Shown here piece after piece: positions 9,010-18,415 of a DNA stretch of 35,265 nt. Source of the stretch: Nanobdellota archaeon (lineage in GTDB: Archaea > Nanobdellota > Nanobdellia > Pacearchaeales > GW2011-AR1); assembly GCA_030704765.1 (NCBI GenBank), contig JAUYDD010000011.1:1-35265 (forward strand). The letters are read 5' to 3'. The notes under the pieces were generated by a model. It saw nothing but the letters and a program-made list of their open reading frames with translations, did no database searches and was not told where the DNA came from. How positions within the stretch are numbered: the stretch's first letter is position 1; the number at the start of each line of letters is the position of its first letter. Made by a program: the position numbers and the translations under genes.

Positions 9010-9839
9010 AAATTTTAGTAATAGGCGATTTACATGGAGAATTTCCTGAAAATGTTAAAGAGGTAATAAACAAAGAAAAAATAGATTTAATTCTATCTAC
9101 AGGAGATTTTGCTAATTTCGATAATTATAGAAAAATAAAGTTTGAAAAAATGGATAAGACAAAATTCTCCAATAAAGTAAAAGATAGTGTAAATAATGAA
9201 GATTACAATAAGATGATTAATGAAATTATTAAATCAATGGAAAAACCTCTAGATGCTTTGGATTCTTTTAATATTCCAGTTTATACAATCTATGGAAATC
9301 TCGACTATACAAATTATGAAGTAAACAAACATAAAATAAGGACAAACAGCTTAAACAGAATTGTTAAGAAATCTAAGAATATTAAATTATTTCGGGAGGG
9401 GTATGTTGACCTAGGTAGTCTTCAGATTTTATTATTTTCTGGGTATAGAAAGAATGCTCTAAAGTATGCTCCTAAGAAAACTAAAAAAGTTGATAGATTA
9501 AATAAAGGGTGGAGAGACAGGCTGAATAAAATATTTTCACAAATAAAACCAGATAAACCTGTTTTATTCTTATTCCACGATCCTCCAAAAGATACTAAAT
9601 TAGATTTAATCAATAATCCAACCAGTCCAATGAATGGTAAGCATGTTGGAGATGAGATCAATAGAGAATTTATAGAAAAATATCAGCCTCAAATTGCTGT
9701 TTGTGGACACATGCATGAAACACAAGGAACTGACAAAATCGGAAAATCTCTAATAATCAATGCAGGTTATGGCAGAGCAGGTCAATTCTTAATTTTAGAT
9801 ATAAATGGAAATGATGTTAAATATGATTTGAGGAAATAA
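9006..9839 (+). CDS. Metallophosphoesterase (calcineurin-like, Icc-related)
   Basis: GDLHG, TGDF, GNLD, FHDPP, CGHMHE motifs. Confidence 0.92.
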   Translation: MKILVIGDLHGEFPENVKEVINKEKIDLILSTGDFANFDNYRKIKFEKMDKTKFSNKVKDSVNNEDYNKMINEIIKSMEKPLDALDSFNIPVYTIYGNLDYTNYEVNKHKIRTNSLNRIVKKSKNIKLFREGYVDLGSLQILLFSGYRKNALKYAPKKTKKVDRLNKGWRDRLNKIFSQIKPDKPVLFLFHDPPKDTKLDLINNPTSPMNGKHVGDEINREFIEKYQPQIAVCGHMHETQGTDKIGKSLIINAGYGRAGQFLILDINGNDVKYDLRK

Positions 9840-9840
9840 A

Positions 9841-10374
9841 ATGGTAAAAACAAATTTAGTTTTATTAACAGGACTTCCAGCAGGAGGAAAAAGCACAGTT
9901 GCACAAAGATTAGTTAGTGAATATGGTTTTGCAGTTTTATCTACAGATGATTTAAGACAATCGTTATTTCAACAAACTTATGAGGAACTAGCAAAAGATG
10001 GAAAAAGAAAAGATGAAGTGATAAGAAAAATTATTGATTATTCAAAATTTCAAATTTTAAGTGCAGGTTGCGATCTAGTTATTGACTCCACTGCACCAAC
10101 TGAAAAATTTAGAAGAAGAATGCTAGAATTACCTGAATATCTTGAACAGGCAGTTAAAAAATCCGTTTTATATCTAAGGAGTGAAGAACAAACAAGACAT
10201 TCAAGACACATGGCTCGTGGTGGTTCAGAGGTTTCTTTAAAGACTATTCAAGGGTTTTGGAAGGAGCCACAAGATGGATTTTGCGGGGCAAGTTTGTATT
10301 CAATTGAGAATAATGGAAATCAAGATCAATTGTTTAAAGAAGTTGCTAAGTTTTATGAGTGGTTGAAAAGATAG
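9841..10374 (+). CDS. P-loop kinase (AAA_33 / polynucleotide-kinase-like)
   Basis: LLTGLPAGGKST, STDDLR, LVIDST and lid RxxxR motifs. Confidence 0.88.
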   Translation: MVKTNLVLLTGLPAGGKSTVAQRLVSEYGFAVLSTDDLRQSLFQQTYEELAKDGKRKDEVIRKIIDYSKFQILSAGCDLVIDSTAPTEKFRRRMLELPEYLEQAVKKSVLYLRSEEQTRHSRHMARGGSEVSLKTIQGFWKEPQDGFCGASLYSIENNGNQDQLFKEVAKFYEWLKR

Positions 10375-10403
10375 TATAAGTTAAGATTATAAGTAAGAAT
10401 TTC

Positions 10404-10928
10404 TTAGTCATATTGGTGTATTATCTCCATAATTTTGTCAATACTAATTGGTTTATATCTAGTTTGTTCTGTACTTACATTTATTCTCTTATTTTCCCTA
10501 TCAACAAAAATCCCCTTATTATGTGTATGACCAAATATTGCCCAACTTTTCCAATCATTAGGAATTTCATAAGGTCTATGGACAAGATAAAAACTTTCAC
10601 CTTTATATTTTAATATAAAATGATGTCTTCCTTTGATATATTTGTCGTGATTTCCTTTTATGAATATTTTTTTACCATTAAGGGCATTAATAAGTTTACC
10701 AACTCTGCTTCTATTTTTTCTACAAAAACAAAAATCTCCTAAAAAATATACAATATCATTTTTTCCAACAGTTTTATTCCAATTACTAATAAGCACTCTG
10801 TTCATTGTTTGTACATTTTTAAAAGGTCGGTTACAATATTTGATAATATTTGTATGATCTAAATGCAAATCAGAAGTTAAAAATATTTTAGACTCTGTCC
10901 CGAATAATCTTTTTAGGAAATTAAACAT
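10404..10928 (-). CDS. Calcineurin-like phosphoesterase (small, phage/AQ1575-like type)
   Basis: TSDLHLDH, IIKYCNRPF, LGDF, KGNHD, FGHTH motifs. Confidence 0.9.
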   Translation of the reverse strand: MFNFLKRLFGTESKIFLTSDLHLDHTNIIKYCNRPFKNVQTMNRVLISNWNKTVGKNDIVYFLGDFCFCRKNRSRVGKLINALNGKKIFIKGNHDKYIKGRHHFILKYKGESFYLVHRPYEIPNDWKSWAIFGHTHNKGIFVDRENKRINVSTEQTRYKPISIDKIMEIIHQYD

Positions 10929-10944
10929 TTTATTAGTGAAGAAT

Positions 10945-11682
10945 TCATTTAGTTTTTTCTTTAGAATATTCTTTTTCTGTATCTTCTACTTCTTTCTTTA
11001 GCTGTTGAATTGTCTTTTCAAATTCATCTATTCTATAATACAACGTATGGATATTTACTTTCATTCTTTCTTTTTCACTTGCTAATTTATAAAACATGCT
11101 CCTTAGATACCTCATATTGTTTAGTTTCTCTGTTCCTTCTTTCAATTGCTTTCTGAACACATTTATTTTATCTTCAGATTCCATTATAACTCTTGGGAAA
11201 TATTCTAATTCTCTAAGCACAATAGAAACTTGTTCATTATATTTTTTCTTAGTGTTTTTTATACCTTCTTCAATTTCACTAATTCTATCTAAAATTCTCT
11301 TAAAACTTGATTTTGTAGCATATTCAGGATATTTATCCAAATAATCTCGCATAGCAATATTAACATCATCCACATCCTTATTCTTAATTTTAATAGTTGT
11401 TGCTTTTTTTCCTTTCTGTGATGTTTGCATCATTTCTTTTTCAAAATTAGTTTCTTTATTCAATAAATTTCCTAGAGATTCATATAACTTGACTTTTTCT
11501 TCTTCGTCAGCAACCATATTATCCTTAAACTTTTTTGCATCTGCCTTTGCATATTTTAGTTTATGGTTCATCTCATATAGATGCTTGACATTACTCTTAA
11601 CTTTCTCGTGAGCGTAATCTAATGCCTTTTGATATTCATCCTTTATAGCAATTGCATCTTGTTTTCCAGTTACATCTACCAT
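10945..11682 (-). CDS. LemA-like coiled-coil protein without a membrane anchor
   Basis: KYPEYATKSSF...EEGIKNTKKKYNEQV...YFP matches the LemA core pattern YPxL...F...YN..V...FP; no TM segment. Confidence 0.6.
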   Translation of the reverse strand: MVDVTGKQDAIAIKDEYQKALDYAHEKVKSNVKHLYEMNHKLKYAKADAKKFKDNMVADEEEKVKLYESLGNLLNKETNFEKEMMQTSQKGKKATTIKIKNKDVDDVNIAMRDYLDKYPEYATKSSFKRILDRISEIEEGIKNTKKKYNEQVSIVLRELEYFPRVIMESEDKINVFRKQLKEGTEKLNNMRYLRSMFYKLASEKERMKVNIHTLYYRIDEFEKTIQQLKKEVEDTEKEYSKEKTK

Positions 11683-11683
11683 T

Positions 11684-11851
11684 TTATTTAAAATACTCCC
11701 TATCTTTTAAGTTCTTTGGTTTAATTTCAGCTTCAAAATATTTTACCATTTTCTTAATTGCATCTTGTTTTGTTTTTAATCGATTTGTAAGTTTATATAT
11801 CTCTACAATTCTGTCTTCTTCCTCGTCTAAGTCTATTTGTATTTTTGTCAT
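11684..11851 (-). CDS. Small ribbon-helix-helix-like protein (DUF2683-like, 55 aa, not in ORF track)
   Basis: Manual translation MTKIQIDLDEEEDRIVEIYKLTNRLKTKQDAIKKMVKYFEAEIKPKNLKDREYFK*; stop 1 bp before the next ATG; strand-helix-helix pattern. Confidence 0.7.
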   Translation of the reverse strand: MTKIQIDLDEEEDRIVEIYKLTNRLKTKQDAIKKMVKYFEAEIKPKNLKDREYFK

Positions 11852-11952
11852 CTTGTATCATTATGATATATGGCAATACATGGTAGTATATAAATGTTTC
11901 GTTTTGATAAAAAGAAACTTTTATTATGTTCTAATTAATTATAAATAACTGA

Positions 11953-12462
11953 ATGAAAATATCAATAATTCAAGGAGACATAACAAAAGTAAAAGCAGAT
12001 GCAATTGTAAATGCTGCTCATCATACACTTATGGGTGGTGGAGGTGTTGATGGGGCAATTCATAAAAATGCAGGAAGTGAGTTAATTGAAGAATGTATCA
12101 AGTTAAGAAATGAAGAATTTCCACATGGACTTAATACAGGAGAAGCAGTCGCAACTAAATCTTATGGAATAAATCAAGCAAAGATATTAATCCATACTGT
12201 TGGACCTAGATATTATTCAGATGACTTAAATAAACTAAAAGATTGTTATATTAATTCATTAAAAATTGCAGAAGAAAATGATTGCAAATCCATAGCTTTT
12301 CCTGCAATTGCAACAGGTGCTTATGGTACTCCAATAGAAAAATCAGCTGAAATTGTTAAAGAGGTTTTAAGTAATTACAATTCTAAAATAATTGAGGAAG
12401 TTATTTTAGTTCTTTTTACTGAAGAAGATAAAGAGGTTTATAATAAAATATTTACCATATAA
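11953..12462 (+). CDS. Macrodomain ADP-ribose hydrolase (MacroD/YmdB-like)
   Basis: GDIT, DAIVNAA, GGGGVDGAIH, IHTVGP, AFPAIATGAYG motifs. Confidence 0.95.
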   Translation: MKISIIQGDITKVKADAIVNAAHHTLMGGGGVDGAIHKNAGSELIEECIKLRNEEFPHGLNTGEAVATKSYGINQAKILIHTVGPRYYSDDLNKLKDCYINSLKIAEENDCKSIAFPAIATGAYGTPIEKSAEIVKEVLSNYNSKIIEEVILVLFTEEDKEVYNKIFTI

Positions 12463-12520
12463 CTAGAGACTGTCCACTAGGATAAAAACTTAAAAGTAAA
12501 TGTTCTTTAAAGAAATATGG

Positions 12521-12700
12521 CTATTTGCCAATTAGCCAAGGATTCCAAACAAGAAGTATTGCAACAGAAACAGCAGTCAATAAACAACTCCAGACAGCAG
12601 TTGTAAACTGATCTACATCTTGAGCACTTCTGAAAAATATGATAAAGCTAACTACTACAACAATTACAAGTATAATACTTAATATGCCTTTGATTTTCAT
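12521..12700 (-). CDS. Small 2-TM membrane protein (59 aa, not in ORF track)
   Basis: Manual translation MKIKGILSIILVIVVVVSFIIFFRSAQDVDQFTTAVWSCLLTAVSVAILLVWNPWLIGK*. Confidence 0.6.
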   Translation of the reverse strand: MKIKGILSIILVIVVVVSFIIFFRSAQDVDQFTTAVWSCLLTAVSVAILLVWNPWLIGK

Positions 12701-12736
12701 ATTTATTTTAAGATCTTGAACTTTTTATATTTTTGT

Positions 12737-13282
12737 TTAATTCTTTTTCTCTCTTTCTATTATTTGATAATTTATTTTATCAATAACTTGTAGATATTCA
12801 TCTAATCTTTGTAGTTCAAAATTTTTATACTCTTTTTTGTTCAAGATGTATCCTTTTCTATAATCTCTAAAATCAAATTTTATTCTTTTTACTAGGCCAT
12901 TTAGATCTTCTTCTTGGAATTCTACAAGTTTCAAATGTTGTAAGAATCTTAGGACAATTTCTAAACTAATTTTTTTGCTAAAATAATGTTTATAGTCTTT
13001 CCAATCAAAATAGATATGATGAAATATAGAATACAATAAAGTTACAATTAGGGAAAATATCATTATCTGAATATAATTGCCAAACTGAGGGAAAATAAGC
13101 ATCCATTCAAGAGACAGAAAAACTTGGACTAATGCTGCTACCAATACTATAAACCCTGAAAACATTAAAATAGATGTATTAAATGTAAATCTTCTTCCCT
13201 CAACATTTTTAGAATACTCTTGATTAAGTAATTCTAATTCTGTTTTAAAATACTCTATAATATTATCTAATTTTTTTAACAT
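12737..13282 (-). CDS. Hypothetical 2-TM membrane protein
   Basis: 181 aa, two central hydrophobic helices flanked by charged helical regions. Confidence 0.7.
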   Translation of the reverse strand: MLKKLDNIIEYFKTELELLNQEYSKNVEGRRFTFNTSILMFSGFIVLVAALVQVFLSLEWMLIFPQFGNYIQIMIFSLIVTLLYSIFHHIYFDWKDYKHYFSKKISLEIVLRFLQHLKLVEFQEEDLNGLVKRIKFDFRDYRKGYILNKKEYKNFELQRLDEYLQVIDKINYQIIEREKKN

Positions 13283-13283
13283 A

Positions 13284-13508
13284 TTAATTAAAAAATTCTT
13301 TTGTTTCTTCTACTAATTTAATTATTACAAAGTAGCTGTAGAATAATAAACAGATTATCAAAACAAATCCAATAAAAATCTGATATCCTATTGTTGCAGT
13401 TTCAAAAGTATGCTGTATTGAAGCAAATAACAGAATATAAGTTAGTGTAGGAACCCCGATTAAGACGAAGAGCCATTTAATTGCTAATTGAAACCAGTTT
13501 TCAGCCAT
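13284..13508 (-). CDS. Small 2-TM membrane protein
   Basis: 74 aa, two hydrophobic helices; coupled to the downstream gene (1-bp gap). Confidence 0.65.
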   Translation of the reverse strand: MAENWFQLAIKWLFVLIGVPTLTYILLFASIQHTFETATIGYQIFIGFVLIICLLFYSYFVIIKLVEETKEFFN

Positions 13509-13619
13509 TTCATTTTTCCAGTTATTTTATATAAAAAGTTAATAGGCTGGAACTATATCAATTTTTCTATTAGACACTTAAATTTTTATATGTGGCTTTT
13601 ATTAGATTTATATAAGAAA

Positions 13620-14813
13620 ATGACAACATATTCCCACTCAAGAATTTCAACTTATGAAAACTGTCCTTATCAATATAAGCTAAGATATGTCGATAAGATA
13701 GAGCCTGAGATTGCAGAAACTATTGAAATTTTTATGGGTAAAAGAGTTCATGAAACTCTAGAAAAATTATACAAGGATAAAAAGTTCAAAAAACTTGTTT
13801 CTAAAGCAACATTGCTAAAATTCTATAAAGATAATTGGGAGAAAGAGTATTCTGATGATATTTTAGTTGTTAAAGAAGGTTTGACAGGAGAAAACTATCG
13901 TAAGATGGGCATTAAGTTTATTGAGGATTACTATAACAAATACAAACCATTTGATCAATTAACAATATTGGGACTAGAGACACAAGATAGAATGACCTTG
14001 AAGGATGGAAACCAGTGGCACGTAAGAATAGATAAATTTGCTTGCGATAATAAAGGAAATTATTATGTTTGTGATTACAAGACTAATGCTTCTATGAAAG
14101 ATCAAGAAGAAGCTGATGCCGATAGGCAACTTGCAATGTATTCTATATGGGTAAAAGACAAATTCAAGGATGCTAAATCTGTAAAACTTGTTTGGCATAT
14201 GCTCGCATTTAATAAAGAAGCAATTTCAGAAAGAAGCGAAGAGCAATTAGAAAAATTGCAGGACGAAACTATTGCTCAAATAAAACAAATTGAAAGAGCC
14301 GAGAAAGAAAAAGATTTTCCAACTCATATTACAGCACTATGCAACTATTGCGGTTTTAAATCTCAATGTCCTTCTTTTAAACATCAAATAGAGGTAGAAG
14401 CAAAAGAAGATATTAAAGAATTTAAAGAGGATGATGGAGTTAAATTAGTTGATGAATTTTCAGAGGTTAAATTAAAGAAAAAAGAAATTGAAGAAAAAGA
14501 AGAAAAGCTTAAATCAGATTTGATAGAATTTGCCAAGCAAAAGGGAATAGACATTGTTTATGGAAGTAATATGAAAGCAGGTGTTAAAGAATTTGATAAG
14601 ATTGTAATGCCTGAAGATCCGGAAGAAAAAGAAAAATTCATTAAATTAATGAAAGATAAAGGAATCTATGAGGAGTGTTCAATGATATGTTATCCTAAAT
14701 TAAATAGTAAGGTTCTCAAGGGAGATATAGATAAAGAAATTAAAAACAAAGTTCAGATTGAAAAAGATTTTAGGATAAGTCTGAGCAAAAGGAAGGATGT
14801 TGAGGAGGAATAA
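13620..14813 (+). CDS. Cas4/AddB/RecB-like PD-(D/E)XK nuclease with Fe-S cysteines and coiled-coil C-terminal extension
   Basis: YSHSRISTYENCP, GKRVHETLE, RIDK...VCDYKT, QLAMY, CNYCGFKSQC. Start moved to ATG 13620 (TTTATATA just upstream; track start overlaps the opposite gene). Confidence 0.88.
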   Translation: MTTYSHSRISTYENCPYQYKLRYVDKIEPEIAETIEIFMGKRVHETLEKLYKDKKFKKLVSKATLLKFYKDNWEKEYSDDILVVKEGLTGENYRKMGIKFIEDYYNKYKPFDQLTILGLETQDRMTLKDGNQWHVRIDKFACDNKGNYYVCDYKTNASMKDQEEADADRQLAMYSIWVKDKFKDAKSVKLVWHMLAFNKEAISERSEEQLEKLQDETIAQIKQIERAEKEKDFPTHITALCNYCGFKSQCPSFKHQIEVEAKEDIKEFKEDDGVKLVDEFSEVKLKKKEIEEKEEKLKSDLIEFAKQKGIDIVYGSNMKAGVKEFDKIVMPEDPEEKEKFIKLMKDKGIYEECSMICYPKLNSKVLKGDIDKEIKNKVQIEKDFRISLSKRKDVEEE

Positions 14814-14814
14814 A

Positions 14815-15225
14815 ATGATAAAAATTATAGTAAATGGTTTGCCTCCAAAAAAAGATGGAGCAAATTCTATGTGGAATAAGGATTTGGAGGCAGATAGATT
14901 AATTAGCTTGAGAAATGAAGCATTAAACAAGATAATTAATAAACCATTAAAAAAGAACCTTCAATTAAATCTTAAGATTTATTTAAAAATAAATAACAAA
15001 TCTCAGGGGGATTTAGACAATTTTATTACAGGCATTTGTGATGGTTTAATGCGAGCACATGATAGAGCCGAAATAAGCCCAAAATTTAATGGGTTTCCCA
15101 AAATCAACCCTCAGTCTGTAAACTTCATTGAAGATGATTATAAAATTTTAAATATTAATGCTAAAAAGATTATAAACAGAAATCTAGAAAAGGAATATTA
15201 TGAATTGGAAATTATTGAGATATAG
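14815..15225 (+). CDS. RusA-like endodeoxyribonuclease / Holliday junction resolvase-like
   Basis: GDLDNFITGICDGL and IEDDYKI match the RusA DxDN...D...DD pattern; GAGGAGG precedes ATG 14815. Confidence 0.7.
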   Translation: MIKIIVNGLPPKKDGANSMWNKDLEADRLISLRNEALNKIINKPLKKNLQLNLKIYLKINNKSQGDLDNFITGICDGLMRAHDRAEISPKFNGFPKINPQSVNFIEDDYKILNINAKKIINRNLEKEYYELEIIEI

Positions 15226-15259
15226 ATAAACTTAAAATCTAAAGAATTCTAGTAAAATT

Positions 15260-17602
15260 ATGGCTTTAAATAAGAAACAAATGTCTGAAACTGAAATATG
15301 TACTAATTTTATTACTCCTGCACTTGAAAAGTCAAGTTGGACTAAAAAGCAAGTAAGAATGAATGTATATTTTACTGATGGAAGAATAATAGTTGCAGGA
15401 AAAACTGTAAAAAGAGGAAGAAGAAACTTTGCAGATTATATTTTAGAATATAAGCCCAATGTTCCTTTAGCAGTAATAGAGGCAAAAGATAACAACTATT
15501 CTATGGGCGATGGCATGCAACAGGGTTTGGGATATGCAGAAAAACTGGATTTGCCTTTTGTTTTTAGTTCTAATGGCGATGGGTTTGTTTTTCATGACAG
15601 GGAAACAGGAAAAGAAACAAATTTGTCTTTAGATAATTTCCCCTCTCCAAAAGAATTATGGGAGAAATATAAAAAATATAAAGGAATTACAGAAAAGATT
15701 GAAGATACGGTGACATCTGATTATTTTTACGAGCCAGGATTCAAACAACCAAGATATTATCAAAGAATTGCAATTAATAGAACAATCGAAGCTGTTGCAA
15801 AAGGCATTAAAAGAGCGCTTCTTGTTATGGCGACAGGAACAGGAAAAACCTATGTAGCTTTTCAAACTATCTGGAGATTAAGAGAAGCAGGACTTGCAAA
15901 AAGAGTTTTATATCTGGCTGATAGAAATATTTTAATTGACCAACCAAAGAATAATGATCTAAAACCTTTATCTAAGGTTATAACTAAAATATCCAAAAGG
16001 AAAGCAGATCCAGCTTATGAAGTTTATCTTGCATTATATCAGGCTGTCTCAGGAGAAGAAGATATTAAAAATATCTATAAACAATTCTCTCCAGAGTTTT
16101 TTGATTTAATAATCGTTGATGAATGTCATAGGGGAAGTGCAAAAGCAGACTCTCAATGGAGAGAAATTTTAGATTACTTTAAACCAGCAGTTCAAGTTGG
16201 TATGACTGCAACTCCTAAAGAAACTAAAGATACTTCAAATATAGATTATTTTGGAAAACCTCTTTATACTTATTCATTAAGAGAAGGAATCGAAGATGGT
16301 TTTCTTGCACCCTATAAGGTTGTAAAAGTTGCAATAGATAAAGATGTTCATGGATACAGACCAAAGAAAGGAGAAACAGATAAATTTGGACATGAGATAC
16401 CTGACTTTGTTTATACAAATCGAGAGTTTGATAAAACTTTAGTCATTGATGAAAGAACAGAAGTCGTGGCTAAAAAGATTACAGAGTTCCTAAAGAATAC
16501 TGATAGATTTTCTAAAACAATTGTTTTCTGTGTAGATATTGAACATGCAGAAAGAATGAGACAAGCATTAGTGAATGAAAATTCAGATTTATACAAAGAA
16601 AATTCAAAATATATTATGAGAATTACTGGAGATAACAATATTGGTAAAAAACAGTTAGGTAATTTTATTGATCCTGCTGAAAAATATCCAGTAATTGTAA
16701 CAACTTCTAAACTGATGAACACTGGAGTTGATGCACAAACATGTAAATTGATAGTTTTAGATTCACCTATCCAATCAATGACAGAATTTAAACAAATTAT
16801 TGGAAGAGGAACAAGAATTAAAGAAGATTATGGTAAACACTATTTCACAATTATGGATTTTAGAAATGTTACAAATAAGTTTGCTGATCCTGATTTTGAC
16901 GGAGAGCCTGTTCAAATCTACACTATAAAAGATAATCAAGAAGTCAAAGAACAAGAAACAAAAGATCAAAAATTAGAAGATGGAGAAAGGATTCTCGTTT
17001 CTCCAAGTATTGCTTATTCTGAGGAAGAAGAGAAGGTAAGAAAGTTTTATGTCAGGGGTACAGAAGTTAATGTCATAAATGAAAGAGTTCAATACCATGA
17101 TCCTCAAGGAAAACTTATAACAGAATCATTGACAGACTATACTAAAAAAAATGTTAACAAAGAATTTAGAAGTTTAAATGAATTTATCCAAAAATGGAAT
17201 ATAGTTGATCAAAAGAAAGTTATTATTGAAGAGCTTGAAAATCAAGGGCTTTTAATTGATGCTTTAAGGGAAGAAATTCCTAATGGAAAAGAATTTGATC
17301 CTTTTGATTTAATTGCTCATATTGCTTATGGGCAAAAACCTTTAACAAGAAGTCAAAGAGCATTAAAGGTTCAGAAAGACGCTTACTTCAATAAATATGG
17401 AGAAAAAGCAAGAAAAGTTATTGAAGTTCTCCTAACAAAGTATGAAGATGAAGGTATAGAAGAAATGGAGAACTCAGAAATCTTAAAAGTCTCTCCTATT
17501 AACAAATTAGGAAGACCATTAGAAATAATGAAACTCTTTGGGGGAGTTGTTGGTTATAAGAAGATGATTAAAGAGATTGAAGCGAGATTATATAAAAGTT
17601 AA
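15260..17602 (+). CDS. hsdR: Type I restriction enzyme subunit R (EcoAI/EcoEI-like)
   Basis: ADYIL...VIEAK nuclease motif, MATGTGKT, DECHRG, TATP, QIIGRGTR; C-terminal DPFDLIAHIAY. Confidence 0.96.
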   Translation: MALNKKQMSETEICTNFITPALEKSSWTKKQVRMNVYFTDGRIIVAGKTVKRGRRNFADYILEYKPNVPLAVIEAKDNNYSMGDGMQQGLGYAEKLDLPFVFSSNGDGFVFHDRETGKETNLSLDNFPSPKELWEKYKKYKGITEKIEDTVTSDYFYEPGFKQPRYYQRIAINRTIEAVAKGIKRALLVMATGTGKTYVAFQTIWRLREAGLAKRVLYLADRNILIDQPKNNDLKPLSKVITKISKRKADPAYEVYLALYQAVSGEEDIKNIYKQFSPEFFDLIIVDECHRGSAKADSQWREILDYFKPAVQVGMTATPKETKDTSNIDYFGKPLYTYSLREGIEDGFLAPYKVVKVAIDKDVHGYRPKKGETDKFGHEIPDFVYTNREFDKTLVIDERTEVVAKKITEFLKNTDRFSKTIVFCVDIEHAERMRQALVNENSDLYKENSKYIMRITGDNNIGKKQLGNFIDPAEKYPVIVTTSKLMNTGVDAQTCKLIVLDSPIQSMTEFKQIIGRGTRIKEDYGKHYFTIMDFRNVTNKFADPDFDGEPVQIYTIKDNQEVKEQETKDQKLEDGERILVSPSIAYSEEEEKVRKFYVRGTEVNVINERVQYHDPQGKLITESLTDYTKKNVNKEFRSLNEFIQKWNIVDQKKVIIEELENQGLLIDALREEIPNGKEFDPFDLIAHIAYGQKPLTRSQRALKVQKDAYFNKYGEKARKVIEVLLTKYEDEGIEEMENSEILKVSPINKLGRPLEIMKLFGGVVGYKKMIKEIEARLYKS

Positions 17603-17611
17603 ATTGCGATT

Positions 17612-18415
17612 TTATTCTAATTTTCTTGGATTTGCCATCCCATTATACATTCTAGTATCTATGCCCTCTAAAATTGTTTCAATCTCCTGAGAGCTTAAAG
17701 CATGATATTGGGCTTTGAATTTCTGATTTACACAATCTTCTATTGTTTTATGATTTTCTATATCAAAAACAAAATTAAATAATTCAATCGGTTCTTGAGG
17801 TTCATCCAAATAATTTTTAAATACAATAGAACAATCTATTCCAAAAAACCTCTTATTATTCTTTTTCATTATTTCAATTAATTGATCAAATGTTAGAGAT
17901 CTGCCATTAGTTCCTAAGATGAATTTGCCTTCTTCATAATAAAAAAAATTAAATTTAGGTTTGAATTCTAGTGAAATTATTTCTTTGGATCTAAGTACTA
18001 TCCTATTCTTATCAGTATTCCAATTAACAAATCCATTATCAATTATTTTTTTCTTTTTTCCATCAAAATCATCTATTAATTGGGAAGGATCAAAACTAAA
18101 TGAAATAAAATCTTGTTTGCCATGTTTTTCAACATGAGGAACCGCAAGAGTAAATCTAGTTTCAAGACCTATTTGAAAAATTGATTGCTCACCAATATTT
18201 TCTAAGTCCAATTTTATATGATTTTTCTCAACTTTATATCTAATTAACTTCAAAAGTAGTGGTTTATCATGTTTTAGTCTTCTAGTTTGTTCTTTCAATA
18301 GTTTTAATTGCTCTTTACTCTGCCTTACAGTTTTATAGGTGACTCCTGCAAGAATTAATGTTCCAATTGCAGTTGCAATTTGTGATCCTATTAAAAGATT
18401 ATTTTCTAGAGTCAT
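17612..18415 (-). CDS. Hypothetical protein with N-terminal membrane anchor
   Basis: 267 aa; IATAIGTLILAGVTY helix, short coiled coil, then beta-rich soluble domain; ATGA-coupled to the upstream gene. Confidence 0.75.
   Translation of the reverse strand: MTLENNLLIGSQIATAIGTLILAGVTYKTVRQSKEQLKLLKEQTRRLKHDKPLLLKLIRYKVEKNHIKLDLENIGEQSIFQIGLETRFTLAVPHVEKHGKQDFISFSFDPSQLIDDFDGKKKKIIDNGFVNWNTDKNRIVLRSKEIISLEFKPKFNFFYYEEGKFILGTNGRSLTFDQLIEIMKKNNKRFFGIDCSIVFKNYLDEPQEPIELFNFVFDIENHKTIEDCVNQKFKAQYHALSSQEIETILEGIDTRMYNGMANPRKLE

Noticed and set aside
11652..11948. 98-aa plus-strand ORF
   Set aside because: It is antisense to the better-supported RHH-like gene at 11684-11851 and runs across the divergent promoter.
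13620..14813. CRISPR-associated cas4
   Set aside because: No other cas genes or array in the window; treated as a solo PD-(D/E)XK nuclease.
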